Source: Lentimicrobiaceae bacterium (GTDB taxonomy: Bacteria; Bacteroidota; Bacteroidia; Bacteroidales; SKPS01). From it: DNA of 32,447 nucleotides. The DNA is taken from positions 1 through 32,447 of the forward strand of contig SKPS01000181.1 of NCBI GenBank assembly GCA_007119395.1, in the 5' to 3' direction. Positions 1 to 9,200 of this stretch are shown piece after piece; position 1 is the stretch's first letter; every line of letters starts with the position of its first letter. The notes below the pieces were generated by a model. That model saw only the letters and a list, made by a program, of their open reading frames with translations. It ran no database searches and was not told where the DNA came from. A program made the position numbers and the translations under genes.

Positions 1-349
1 CAGGGTGCTGGTGGTTGACTCAATCGGTATGCTGAGCAAAATCTACCGGTTTGCTAAACTGGCATATGTTGGTGGTGGGTTTAGCAAAGGGATCCATAAC
101 CTGCCCGAAGCTGCCGTGTATGGTTGCCCCGTGGTCTTTGGGCCTAACCACAAAGCTTTCAGAGAAGCCCATGAACTGAAAAGGGTAGGAGGGGGGTTCG
201 CTGTGAACAACACCGGAGAACTGTCGGAAATCATCACCAAACTGTTGTCAGATCAACAGTTTCACCAGAAAGCCGCTGAGGCCGCCAAAGAGTATATCAG
301 AAAAAACCTCGGGGCAACTGCCCATATTCTCGATAAAACAGGATACTAA
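1..349 (+). CDS. waaA: Kdo transferase (3-deoxy-D-manno-octulosonic-acid transferase), C-terminal fragment; 5' end lies outside the window
   Basis: The frame is open from the window edge (codons in phase with nt 2) to TAA at 347-349. The translation VVDSIGML..YVGGGF.KGIHNLPEAAVYGCPVVFGPNH.AF.EA.EL..VGGGF resembles the C-terminal GT-B half of WaaA/KdtA (E. coli pattern GGS...GGHNPLEAAAH.IPVLMGPH). The 'M' at nt 5 in the ORF track is an internal GTG, not a start. Confidence 0.75.
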   Translation, partial: RVLVVDSIGMLSKIYRFAKLAYVGGGFSKGIHNLPEAAVYGCPVVFGPNHKAFREAHELKRVGGGFAVNNTGELSEIITKLLSDQQFHQKAAEAAKEYIRKNLGATAHILDKTGY

Positions 350-1758
350 TGATTGCGGAAACGAACAACCAGATTCGCATAAATAACAGGTATGTTTGTG
401 GGCTTATCTGTTATAACCCCCTGCTCATCCAGTAAAAAGAAGACCGGTGTAACAGAAATATTGAACTCGTCAATGATCTCAGAGGTAAAACCCTTGTAGT
501 CAGAAACATTAGTCCAGTCAATACCATATTTGCTCATCGCATGAGCCAATGAATCACGATCCTCGGCCAAAGCGAATGAGAACACCTTCAGCCCTTTCTC
601 GGCATACTCCCTGCTGATGTTGCCAACCCCTTCCAACATCGACTCGCATTGCTCGCACCCTAAGCTCCAGATCATCACCAGTGTGCGCTTCCCTAAATGA
701 TCATACAAACAATGACGATCCCCGGTGGGCTGGGTACCACAGATTTCCGGAATCTTGCTCCCCGTGGAAGTCCGACGGATCGCCTCTGCCCGCCGGCTGT
801 ATAACTCTCGTAATGCCTCGTTGGCTAAGGGAGCATGCACATAGTGCTCCTTTACAAGGTATAAAAACACAGACTCCCATATACTTGCTTCAAAATTCCT
901 GATCAGTAGATCGAGACAAAACTGGTATACAGCAGGATGTGCCTCCGCCTTTTCCAGAATGGTTCCGGTAAGCTCAATATAGTTCTTGCTATTGGCCGGC
1001 TGACTGAAGCTTCGCAGATAATCGTTGACCATCACAAACAATACTTCTGTATGGATCATCCGTGGGTCACTGAAATCGATCCTGTCGAAAAAATGTTGCC
1101 TATAAAACGCTTGCTCGTTTTCGTATGGCTCTCCCCCCTGTAACAAATATTGATGATAGTCGGGTGGTTGGTATGACCAGATCAGTCTTGGGGCAAAACG
1201 GTCTGGGTAGGCCTTTTTCATCTCCTGTATATAATCTGTTTTGCGTTGTTCGAGTTGGTCAGCTCTTGCCTGAAGAGCATCGAGTGCCCGGCTGGGCTGC
1301 CCCTGTGATGCGTAATAGAGCTCCCTGCCTCGCTGTATCACTGCATCCAACGTGTCTTGCAGCTTAAAATAGTACTGCCAGTAACCAAACAACAACCGGT
1401 TCTCAATTGATTCGTGCACCTGCATGTTGCCAACAATATCGGGCAATCGTGACTCCAGGTGTATCTCCTCTTCAGTTACAATAATGTCGGTAAACAACGT
1501 GTCATTGAAAACAATCTTATATACACCATCAGGGAGCTCATCTTCAATGGTAAACGATGCTGTGTACTCTTGCACTTTGGCTGAATCGATGGCCACCACC
1601 TCACGACCAACCACCTCGCAAAGCCAGGCCATGGTATCTTGCACTCCATGCAAGGTGTACACAATGTGCCGGTTGCTCTCATGGGCATGCGCCTGAAACA
1701 TTGTGAGGCCTGTTAAAAGCATCACGGTGATAAACATCTTTCTGATTGTCATGGTCAT
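346..1758 (-). CDS. Secreted TlpA/ResA-like thiol:disulfide oxidoreductase (thioredoxin fold) with a long N-terminal extension
   Basis: 470-aa ORF. The N-terminal signal-like segment is MFITVMLLTGLTMFQAHA. The C-terminal ~130 aa have a thioredoxin-fold pattern with a CxxC motif (LVMIWSLGCEQCE), followed by a FSFALAEDRD...W..V.D...F....FNISVTPVFFLLD layout typical of TlpA/AhpC-TSA family proteins. About 330 aa upstream have no motif I recognise, except a beta-rich start resembling the DUF4369-type domains often fused to these proteins. Confidence 0.7.
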   Translation of the reverse strand: MTMTIRKMFITVMLLTGLTMFQAHAHESNRHIVYTLHGVQDTMAWLCEVVGREVVAIDSAKVQEYTASFTIEDELPDGVYKIVFNDTLFTDIIVTEEEIHLESRLPDIVGNMQVHESIENRLLFGYWQYYFKLQDTLDAVIQRGRELYYASQGQPSRALDALQARADQLEQRKTDYIQEMKKAYPDRFAPRLIWSYQPPDYHQYLLQGGEPYENEQAFYRQHFFDRIDFSDPRMIHTEVLFVMVNDYLRSFSQPANSKNYIELTGTILEKAEAHPAVYQFCLDLLIRNFEASIWESVFLYLVKEHYVHAPLANEALRELYSRRAEAIRRTSTGSKIPEICGTQPTGDRHCLYDHLGKRTLVMIWSLGCEQCESMLEGVGNISREYAEKGLKVFSFALAEDRDSLAHAMSKYGIDWTNVSDYKGFTSEIIDEFNISVTPVFFLLDEQGVITDKPTNIPVIYANLVVRFRNH

Positions 1759-1902
1759 CTATTGGTATCACGTTAAACGGAGCCATCCCCTAACCTTTTG
1801 CTATTGGCAGGAATGAGGGCATAAAGATAGGAAAAGCATTTTACGTGGGGTGAAAAAAACAAGGTGGGAATCATCGTGCTTCAGCAACCAGAACAGCTTG
1901 TG

Positions 1903-1987
1903 TACCCGGAGCCGGGATCGAACCGGCACGGACTCAATGTCCATTGGATTTTAAGTCCAACGCGTCTACCAATTCCGCCATCCGGGC
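1903..1987 (-). tRNA. tRNA-Leu (anticodon UAA), class II with long variable arm; CCA not encoded
   Basis: The reverse complement reads GCCCGGA-TG-GCG-GAATTGGTAGA-CGC-G-TTGGA-CTTAAAA-TCCAA-(variable arm TGGACATTGAGTCCG)-T-GCCGG-TTCGATC-CCGGC-TCCGGGT-A. All four stems pair (G1:U72 wobble), the T-loop is TTCGATC, and the anticodon is TAA. Confidence 0.9.
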
Positions 1988-2014
1988 AAACGCTGTTTTG
2001 TGTTACTGAACATG

Positions 2015-2037
2015 AAAAAAAATCCCGTAAACGGGAT
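2015..2037 (-). terminator. Candidate intrinsic terminator between the two tRNA genes
   Basis: On the minus strand the sequence is ATCCCG-TTTA-CGGGAT: a perfect 6-bp stem (2022-2027 / 2032-2037) with a 4-nt loop, followed directly by a T tract (plus-strand A run 2015-2022). It lies 3' of tRNA-Gly and 5' of tRNA-Leu. Confidence 0.5.
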
Positions 2038-2047
2038 CTTTCTCTAT

Positions 2048-2123
<76 letters not shown>

Positions 2124-2143
2124 ATTGCAAAAATTCTAGACTG

Positions 2144-2173
2144 CAAAAATAGCCTTTTTTCAAATACACCAAA
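2144..2173 (-). promoter_or_regulatory. Candidate Bacteroidota-type promoter for the tRNA-Gly/tRNA-Leu unit
   Basis: On the minus strand, TATTTTTG (2151->2144) matches the TAnnTTTG -7 consensus and lies 20 nt upstream of the mature tRNA-Gly 5' end. A TTTG (2173->2170) sits 18 nt further upstream as a possible -33 element. Confidence 0.4.
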
Positions 2174-2199
2174 ATTTTTTTTGCGTTTTTTCACCGAAG

Positions 2200-3546
2200 C
2201 TATGGCTTTAGCTTATACTTCTCAATCTTAGCATTGAGGGTTGGACGGGTAATTTGGAGAATCTTCGAGGCCTCACTCTTCACCCAGTTAACTTCCCTCA
2301 AAACACTCACAATATGCCGCTTCTCTATCTCCTCAAGTGATACCCGCTTGGGGGTATCATCTGCCGGTACATAAAAACCTTGTAAGTACTCCTGAATATG
2401 CTCCTTCTCGATGAGATCCCCCCTTGACAAGGTGATGGCCTGGGCAATGGCATTTTCAAACTCCCGAAGATTCCCAGGCCATTCATAACTCCTTAGAATA
2501 TCGATGGTGCCACTCTCCATCCCAGATATTTTTTTTGACATGATGCGGCTGTGCTTCTCTATGAAAAACTCTGCCAGAATACTGATGTCATCGATGCGAT
2601 GACGCAATGGAGGCAGGTGTAGATGAAATACGTTCAAATGATATAATAACTCAGGTATTACCAACTCCTTCTTTAGCATATCCTCAGGTGTGTACAATGA
2701 AGTGGTAATGATGCGCGCCCCCATTGGGAAATGCTCTGAACTGCCACTGAGAACAACCTCTCTTTTCTCAACTATCCTTACCAGATGTCGTTGAAATGAC
2801 TTAGGCAAACGCTCAATAGATCGCAATACAACGGTGCCTTCTTCGGCTTGTAACAACTTCCCCTTCTTAGGCTTCCTGGCACCGCTTTCCGATTCATACA
2901 CTTTCCCCAGCAGCTCCGATACAATCGTGTCTGGATGTAACATTTCACAGTCAACAGTTACAAAGGGGTGCTCACGCGTAATACCACTGTAATGTATTAA
3001 TTGAGCAACCTGCCCCTTGCCTGTGCCCACCTCCCCCTGCAACATGACATGCATCCTGTTCATGCTGATACGGCCCACCTGCTTCACCATTTGCCTGATC
3101 TCAGGTGTAATGCCTACTAAAATGTTCTGCTGTATGATCTTGCGCGCAGGGATTGGCACTTTCTTCTCTATCTGCTCCTGTCTGGTACTCACCTGAATCC
3201 CATTGCGGATTACTTCAAGCAACTTTTGAGGCTGTATCGGCTTCTCAATGTAGTCATACGCTCCACTCTGTATCGACTTAATGGTTAAGGATACATCACT
3301 GTGGCAGGTCAGCATAACAACAGGCATCCCGGGGATCTCTTTCTTTAGTACCTGAAGTAGCTCAAAACCTGTCATTACAGGCATCTCAAAATCGGTAATA
3401 ACCAAATCCGGCATCTGCCTCTTAACCTCCTCTAAACCAACTTCCCCATTCGACGCAGTGAAGACATCATATCCCGCCTTCTTTAGCATGGTCGACAATA
3501 AACTGGTCACTACCACATCATCATCAATGACTACTATTTTTTTCAT
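2200..3546 (-). CDS. NtrC-family response regulator paralog (REC + AAA+ sigma-54-activator-like domain + Fis-type HTH) with degenerate ATPase and sigma-54-contact motifs
   Basis: The preferred start is MKKIVVIDDD (ATG 3546); the track ORF extends to 3594. The receiver looks intact (DD pocket, VITDFEMP, MLTCH, IEKP). The central domain aligns with the neighbouring bEBP. It has GEVGTGKG at Walker A, ESESGA where GAFTGA is expected, VVLRSI where hhhhDE (Walker B) is expected, and VIPELLYHL where FRxDLYYRL is expected. The C-terminal HTH is KSEASKILQITRPTLNAKIEKY. Confidence 0.8.
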   Translation of the reverse strand: MKKIVVIDDDVVVTSLLSTMLKKAGYDVFTASNGEVGLEEVKRQMPDLVITDFEMPVMTGFELLQVLKKEIPGMPVVMLTCHSDVSLTIKSIQSGAYDYIEKPIQPQKLLEVIRNGIQVSTRQEQIEKKVPIPARKIIQQNILVGITPEIRQMVKQVGRISMNRMHVMLQGEVGTGKGQVAQLIHYSGITREHPFVTVDCEMLHPDTIVSELLGKVYESESGARKPKKGKLLQAEEGTVVLRSIERLPKSFQRHLVRIVEKREVVLSGSSEHFPMGARIITTSLYTPEDMLKKELVIPELLYHLNVFHLHLPPLRHRIDDISILAEFFIEKHSRIMSKKISGMESGTIDILRSYEWPGNLREFENAIAQAITLSRGDLIEKEHIQEYLQGFYVPADDTPKRVSLEEIEKRHIVSVLREVNWVKSEASKILQITRPTLNAKIEKYKLKP

Positions 3547-3669
3547 GTTATTGCTGTTTGTTGTTTTTCTTTGAGAAGATATCGGGTTACACACTTCCTG
3601 CTGACAAATTAACGATCAATGCCGAACAGAGAGATAGTATAGCTCCTGGTTATTAATTTTTATATATGA

Positions 3670-5064
3670 TTATTCCTTTTCGGCTATTCCATGCTTTTGC
3701 ATTCGTCTGTACAATGCGTTCCACTGTAAATTCAGTAGCTTTGCTGCTTCGTTTTTGTTGTATTGTGTTTTTTGTAAAGCCCTTAAAATCGTTTGACGCT
3801 CGATCTCTTGTAAATCAAAAATCTCTTCTGCTGTAGGCAAACTCTCGTCGGTTGAAACAGGCTCTGTCTTGCTGATAAACTCCGGAAGCTGTTGCGGGGT
3901 GATCAGTTTGCCGCTGCCCAGAATAACAGCACGCTCAACTATATTTCGTAACTCCCTGATGTTGCCCGGAAATGGGTACTGCTGCAACATCTTATAGGTA
4001 TCAGGATGATAGCCTTCAACCTGTTTACCCATCTTGCGAATGAACCGTTCAAGAAAATGATCCATCAGCAATGGAATATCCTCGGCTCGTTCTCGCAATG
4101 GTGAGACCTGGATAATAAAAGTGCTCAAGCGGTAATACAGATCAGCCCTGAACTGCTTTCCACTGCTCATCTCCTCTACCGTTTTGTTGGTGGCTGATAT
4201 GATCCTGATATCAAACTGCTGCTCTTTTTGTGAACCCACTTTGGTAAACTTCCTGTCTTCCAATACCCTAAGTAGCTTTACCTGCTGCGATAAACCCATT
4301 TCACCTATCTCATCAAAAAAGAGAGTACCCTTGTCTGCCGTCTCAAACCACCCCGCTTTGTCGCCTATAGCACCAGTAAAACTGCCCTTCTTATGCCCAA
4401 AAAACTCACTCTCAAAAAGGGTGTCCGGGATAGCAGACATGTTCACGGCACCAAATACTTCGCTTTTTCTCTTGCTGAATTGGTGAATACCTCTGGCTAC
4501 AAGTTCTTTGCCAGTGCCACTCTCGCCAAGTATCATCACAGAGGTGTCATCTGTTTGTGCTACCTGCTGCATCTGGTATAACACCGATTGCGTAGTGGCT
4601 GATTGTCCGATGATCTTTTCCCCTGACTTTTGGTTGATGATGGAACGAAGCTGCTCATTCCGCTGCTTGTAACGATTTAAATCAGCATGCATCTCAGAAA
4701 ACCGCCGGGTGCGTTCTATGCTGATCCAAATATCAGCCGCATTGAATGGCTTCTTGAAATAGTCTACCGCACCCATTCGCATCGCCTTGATCACTGTGTC
4801 CATGTCTCCCTCTGAACTAATCATGATGACCTCCAGGTCAGGAAAATCCTCCTTTACACGGCGAATAACACTCAAACCATCCTCCTCAGGAAGCATATAA
4901 TCCGTAATGAGCAAATCAACCGGGTGCTCACGCAAATACTTATAAGCAGCCGATGGCTTGTCAACTGTGTCTGCCTTGGCACGAGCCTTTAAAATCGTTT
5001 TTAACAGATTTCGAATGACCGGATCATCATCCAACACCAAAACACGCATCTGCTTGTCATCCAT
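3670..5064 (-). CDS. Sigma-54-dependent Fis-family response regulator (NtrC type; REC + AAA+ + HTH), motifs intact
   Basis: Receiver: VLVLDDD...LLITDYMLPEEDG...MISS...FKKP. AAA+ domain: GESGTGKE (Walker A), ESEFFGHKKGSFTGA (GAFTGA-type loop), GTLFFDEIGEM (Walker B), IRIISATN, FRADLYYRL, PGNIRELRN. HTH: KNEAAKLLNLQWNALYRRMQKH. Confidence 0.9.
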   Translation of the reverse strand: MDDKQMRVLVLDDDPVIRNLLKTILKARAKADTVDKPSAAYKYLREHPVDLLITDYMLPEEDGLSVIRRVKEDFPDLEVIMISSEGDMDTVIKAMRMGAVDYFKKPFNAADIWISIERTRRFSEMHADLNRYKQRNEQLRSIINQKSGEKIIGQSATTQSVLYQMQQVAQTDDTSVMILGESGTGKELVARGIHQFSKRKSEVFGAVNMSAIPDTLFESEFFGHKKGSFTGAIGDKAGWFETADKGTLFFDEIGEMGLSQQVKLLRVLEDRKFTKVGSQKEQQFDIRIISATNKTVEEMSSGKQFRADLYYRLSTFIIQVSPLRERAEDIPLLMDHFLERFIRKMGKQVEGYHPDTYKMLQQYPFPGNIRELRNIVERAVILGSGKLITPQQLPEFISKTEPVSTDESLPTAEEIFDLQEIERQTILRALQKTQYNKNEAAKLLNLQWNALYRRMQKHGIAEKE

Positions 5065-5107
5065 AATAGTCGTTTATCTATTCAGACATCTCCAGAAACA
5101 CCCAATG

Positions 5108-6244
5108 CTATTGATATTCCTGTATATCTGTGTTTTGTTTATTAGGAAATTCTAAACGAAAAGTGCTCCCTTTGCCAAGCTCACTCTCTACGCTCACAGT
5201 GCCACCGTTTAGCTCTGTGAACTCTTTTACCAAATGCAACCCTAAACCACTCCCCTTTTCGTTTTGGGTGCCTGTAGTAGTGTGAAAAATATCCTTGCGG
5301 AATAGTTTTTGCAACTGCTCCTGATCCATGCCGATACCATTGTCTATCACTTCTATAAGTACCCTCTCGTTTTCATCCTTCGCAATGATCTTTATTTCAC
5401 CACCCTCTTCCGTATACTTTACCGCATTCGACAAAAGGTTACGTAAAACGGTTCCAAACATATTGCCGTCTATCATCAAAGTGAGCCCTTCTGGTATGCT
5501 CTCGTGAAGAGCAATCTTTTTCATGTCTGCACGCATCTGCGCAATAGAGAGAGGTTCCGATAGCGCCGATTTCAAATCAACCTCTTTTGGGTGACACTCC
5601 AGGTTCCCCGTTTGGGTCTTCGTCCATTGAAGCAAGTTCTCCAGTAAAGCGTACGTCTCTTTGGTGCTTCTGTTTAGGTTTATGATGATTTCCTGAAACT
5701 CTTCCGAATCAGCCTCAAGATACCCCTCTGCCAACATAGAAACCATCATCGAAATGCTGGCAAAAGGACTTCTGATGTCATGCGAAATGATAGAATACAT
5801 CAAATCCCGGGTTTGATTGATCTTCTTAATCACCTCTGCCTGACGAATGATGTCACGCTTGGCATTCGATAAATCCACATGACTCTTTACCCGGGCAAAT
5901 AACTCCTCCTTACGGAAAGGTTTGGTGATATAGTCAATACCCCCTGCCTGAAAACCTGTAACCAAATCTTGCGGCTCCGTTAATGCTGTAAGAAAGATAA
6001 CCGGGATCTCGCGAAAACGCTCCTCCTGCTTGATCCTTCGACAGAAACTGTAACCGTCCTCAACAGGCATCATGATGTCCAAAAGGATCAGGTCAACGGT
6101 ATGACTCTCTAAAACCTGGTAAGCATTGTCTGCATTAAGCGACAAAGCGATTTGGTAACCTTTGGTCTTTAACAGGCTGCTAACCACCCTGAGGTTCTCT
6201 TTGTTGTCATCAACAACCAAAATCAAACTCTTTTCAGCGCTCAT
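5108..6244 (-). CDS. Hybrid response regulator/histidine kinase (N-terminal REC, then HisKA + HATPase_c), cytoplasmic
   Basis: Receiver: LILVVDDN...LILLDIMMPVEDG...FLTA...ITKP. H-box: ISHDIRSPFASI. N-box: LRNLLSNAVKYT. G1: DNGIGM. G2: GSGLGLHLVKEF. There are no hydrophobic segments. The ATG at 6244 overlaps the stop of the upstream kinase by 11 nt. Confidence 0.88.
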   Translation of the reverse strand: MSAEKSLILVVDDNKENLRVVSSLLKTKGYQIALSLNADNAYQVLESHTVDLILLDIMMPVEDGYSFCRRIKQEERFREIPVIFLTALTEPQDLVTGFQAGGIDYITKPFRKEELFARVKSHVDLSNAKRDIIRQAEVIKKINQTRDLMYSIISHDIRSPFASISMMVSMLAEGYLEADSEEFQEIIINLNRSTKETYALLENLLQWTKTQTGNLECHPKEVDLKSALSEPLSIAQMRADMKKIALHESIPEGLTLMIDGNMFGTVLRNLLSNAVKYTEEGGEIKIIAKDENERVLIEVIDNGIGMDQEQLQKLFRKDIFHTTTGTQNEKGSGLGLHLVKEFTELNGGTVSVESELGKGSTFRLEFPNKQNTDIQEYQ

Positions 6245-9200
6245 TGTCTCTCTTTTTATCTAGATCAATCTGTAGCCGGCTAACAATCTCAGGAAACAAA
6301 CTCAACAAATGAATGATTTGATCCAGATTGATGTCTTGAACTTCCTTCAACAATCGTGTTGCATACGACTCCAGAAAGGCAAAGTTAAAAGATTTTGCAA
6401 GCGATGTCAATTTTTTTGCAAATGTTTCTATCTGGAAAAGCACCAACTGATCCTTCAGGTCCTCCCATTCAGGCAGAAACTGCTCTCTTAGTGTATTGTA
6501 TATTAATAAAGAATCATCTGGCGGAGGGGTAAACATTTTTATGTTAAAAGGTTGTTTCAAAGCCCAATCAGGATGTAAGGTCTTTTTCTTTTCTGGCATG
6601 AACCGTTCAAGCTCTCTCAGTAAGTTTTCACGAAGCACAGGTTTCATAATCACGCCATCAAACAACTGTGTTTGGTCACTTGCTTTTAACTCAATGAGAG
6701 CCGCTGTACAAGCCAACACTGGAATATCTTTGGTTTCCGGTGATTTCTTCAGCTCCTCCACAACCGCAAAACCATCCATAATAGGCATGCGGATGTCTGT
6801 AACTACGATGTTGGGAATGCTTTGCCGAATCAAATCAACGCCCTCTTTTCCATTCCTGGCCAACCGGGTTGTAAATCCAACCCCTTTCAGAAACCGATCC
6901 ATCAACATCAGGTTACTCTCAACATCATCAATAATAACCACTTCAGCGTCTTTGAAATAGGTCCCTGGCACAGGATCCTGCCCTTGTACTACAGTGGCTT
7001 CAGCAGTTGCACATTCAATCCCCTCCAATACAATGGTGAAAACACTCCCTACGCCCTCTTCGCTTTTAACCAGCAACTTGCCATTCATCTTCTCGATAAG
7101 TCGCTTTGAAATTGATAACCCTAATCCGGTACCCTCATACTTGCGGGTCGCTTTGCTGCTGACCTGCTTAAACGGATCAAAAATGGTTGGTAACTGCTCT
7201 TTTGATATTCCAATTCCCGTATCTTTTACACTGATATTTATGTTAAAGACTCCTTGTATGCACTCAGTTGCCCCCACAATAACTTCCACAAAACCGGCGT
7301 GTGTGAACTTCACAGCATTCCCAACAAGGTTAAACAGCACCTGCCTCATCCTGATCTCATCAAGATGTATCTTCCCCGGAAAATCATCAGGAGGGTTAAA
7401 AACAACCTTGATCCCCCGGTCACGTGCCCGATCACTGAACAACAATAAAACCTCCCTGATCAAGGAAATCAGATCGAAAGAGTTGATAGAAAGGTCAATA
7501 TGACCAGATTCAATCTTCGAGAGATCCAAAATGTCGTTTAGCAAAGCCAACAACGATCTTCCACTGGTTAAAACCGACTGCAGCATGCTCTGATGATCAC
7601 TCTCAGCCAATTGATCATGCAAAGTCTCACTAAACCCCAGAATGGCATTCATGGGTGTACGGATCTCATGACTCATATTGGCCAAAAACTCACTCTTGGC
7701 AATGTTTGCCCTGTTGGCCCTGTCACGCTCTTCTTGTACTGCCTGTTCAACCTGCTGCCGTTCAAATGCAATGGAGAGAACCGCACTAACGGTCCGCAGC
7801 ATCTCCAGATCTGTGGTATTCCATTCACGGCTGTTTCTGCACTCATCATAACCAATAAAGCCAAAAAAACGCTGCTTAACATATAATGGATATATCACCA
7901 TGGCTTTGATGCTTTGAGAGACCATGAACTGGCGGGTTGATTCATCCACCATCTCAACCCGGTTCACAACCACCTCTCCATCCCCGGCCAGCTTTTGATG
8001 GATGTACTGTATATCTGAAAATCGCAAATCCTGAAGGTGATCTATCTGAGGCTGAGCATGAGAAGCACACCACTCATAACTGTTTCGGGTGCTCTCTTGA
8101 TCATCATTGTTCTCGAAAATGTATACCCGACTCACATCCACCGCCTCCCCGATTAAACCAATCACCTTGTGGATCCGTTCAGATAGATGTGCAGTGGTAT
8201 TGAGCTCTAAAGCAATCTCTGATATTAACTTTTGAAGACCTAACGTGTGTTCTATCTCCTTCTGCCTGCTGATCAACATGTTCTTCACCCTCACCTGCTC
8301 TGTGATATCGATATATATCCCGTAAATTAGCCGTCGACCATCTTCCAGCACAACAGGTTTCCCCAGTATGGAAACATCAATCCTTTGCCCCAGTTTATCC
8401 ACCCTGACCGTCTCCTGTTTGACCTCCCTCCCTTTCGCAACAACCTGAGTGATACGTTCACCCTCACTGATCAACTCTTTGGGAACAATCAAGTCATTGA
8501 CACTTCTGCCCTGTGCCTCCAATTGGCTGTAACCAAACATTTTTATAAATTGCTTGTTACACCGGATCACCCTGTCGTTCTCATCCAGAATGACCACACC
8601 ACCCGGTGAGCTCTCAAAGAGAGTTTCAAAGTACAATCGCTCTGAAATGCTGGCCTCAATGGCCTCTCTGCGTGCCAGAAAGAGGCAGGTCAAACGCACA
8701 AATAAACCCGTAAGATCCAACCGCTCGGTAACAATCTTGCCGGTACCAATGTACACGATTTCACCGACCGCCCCACGGTCGGTGTAAAGAGGAACCAAAA
8801 CAGCAGAAGTATCGTCAGAGATTAATCCGGTTGACTGACATAGGTTTTGCCAAAATGGATGTGACTTGGCTAAACGCGCAATAACTTTATTGGAAATTAC
8901 AGAAACAAGAGGGGATTGCTGGGGTCCGATGCGCTCATGTTGCAAATAACTCGTATAATCCATTGCCGGGAACGGCTTCCCTTCAAGCTGCTGAATGAGT
9001 GCCGGGTCTTTTGACTTCATGACGCATCCGGAAACACGGAACTGCTGCCCATCAGTGTCAAGTAAATTCAGAGAAACAAAACTGGCATCAGTCATCTTAA
9101 GAAGGGCACGTGTGATCATGTCAGGGGCAAACTGCGAAAAGGGTGTTTGAAGAAAGCCCTCTGAATAAGCAATCAACTGCCGCAAGTACTCCTGCTCCCC

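Noticed and set aside
6496-7503. Plus-strand ORFs of 154 aa (6496-6960) and 169 aa (6994-7503), and a similar one at 9594-9986 (130 aa), antisense to the large histidine kinase
   Set aside because: They are shadow ORFs on the opposite strand of a gene whose translation carries clear H-box, N-box, G-box and receiver motifs. Their own translations are low-complexity (S/T/N/L/P-rich) with no recognisable motif.
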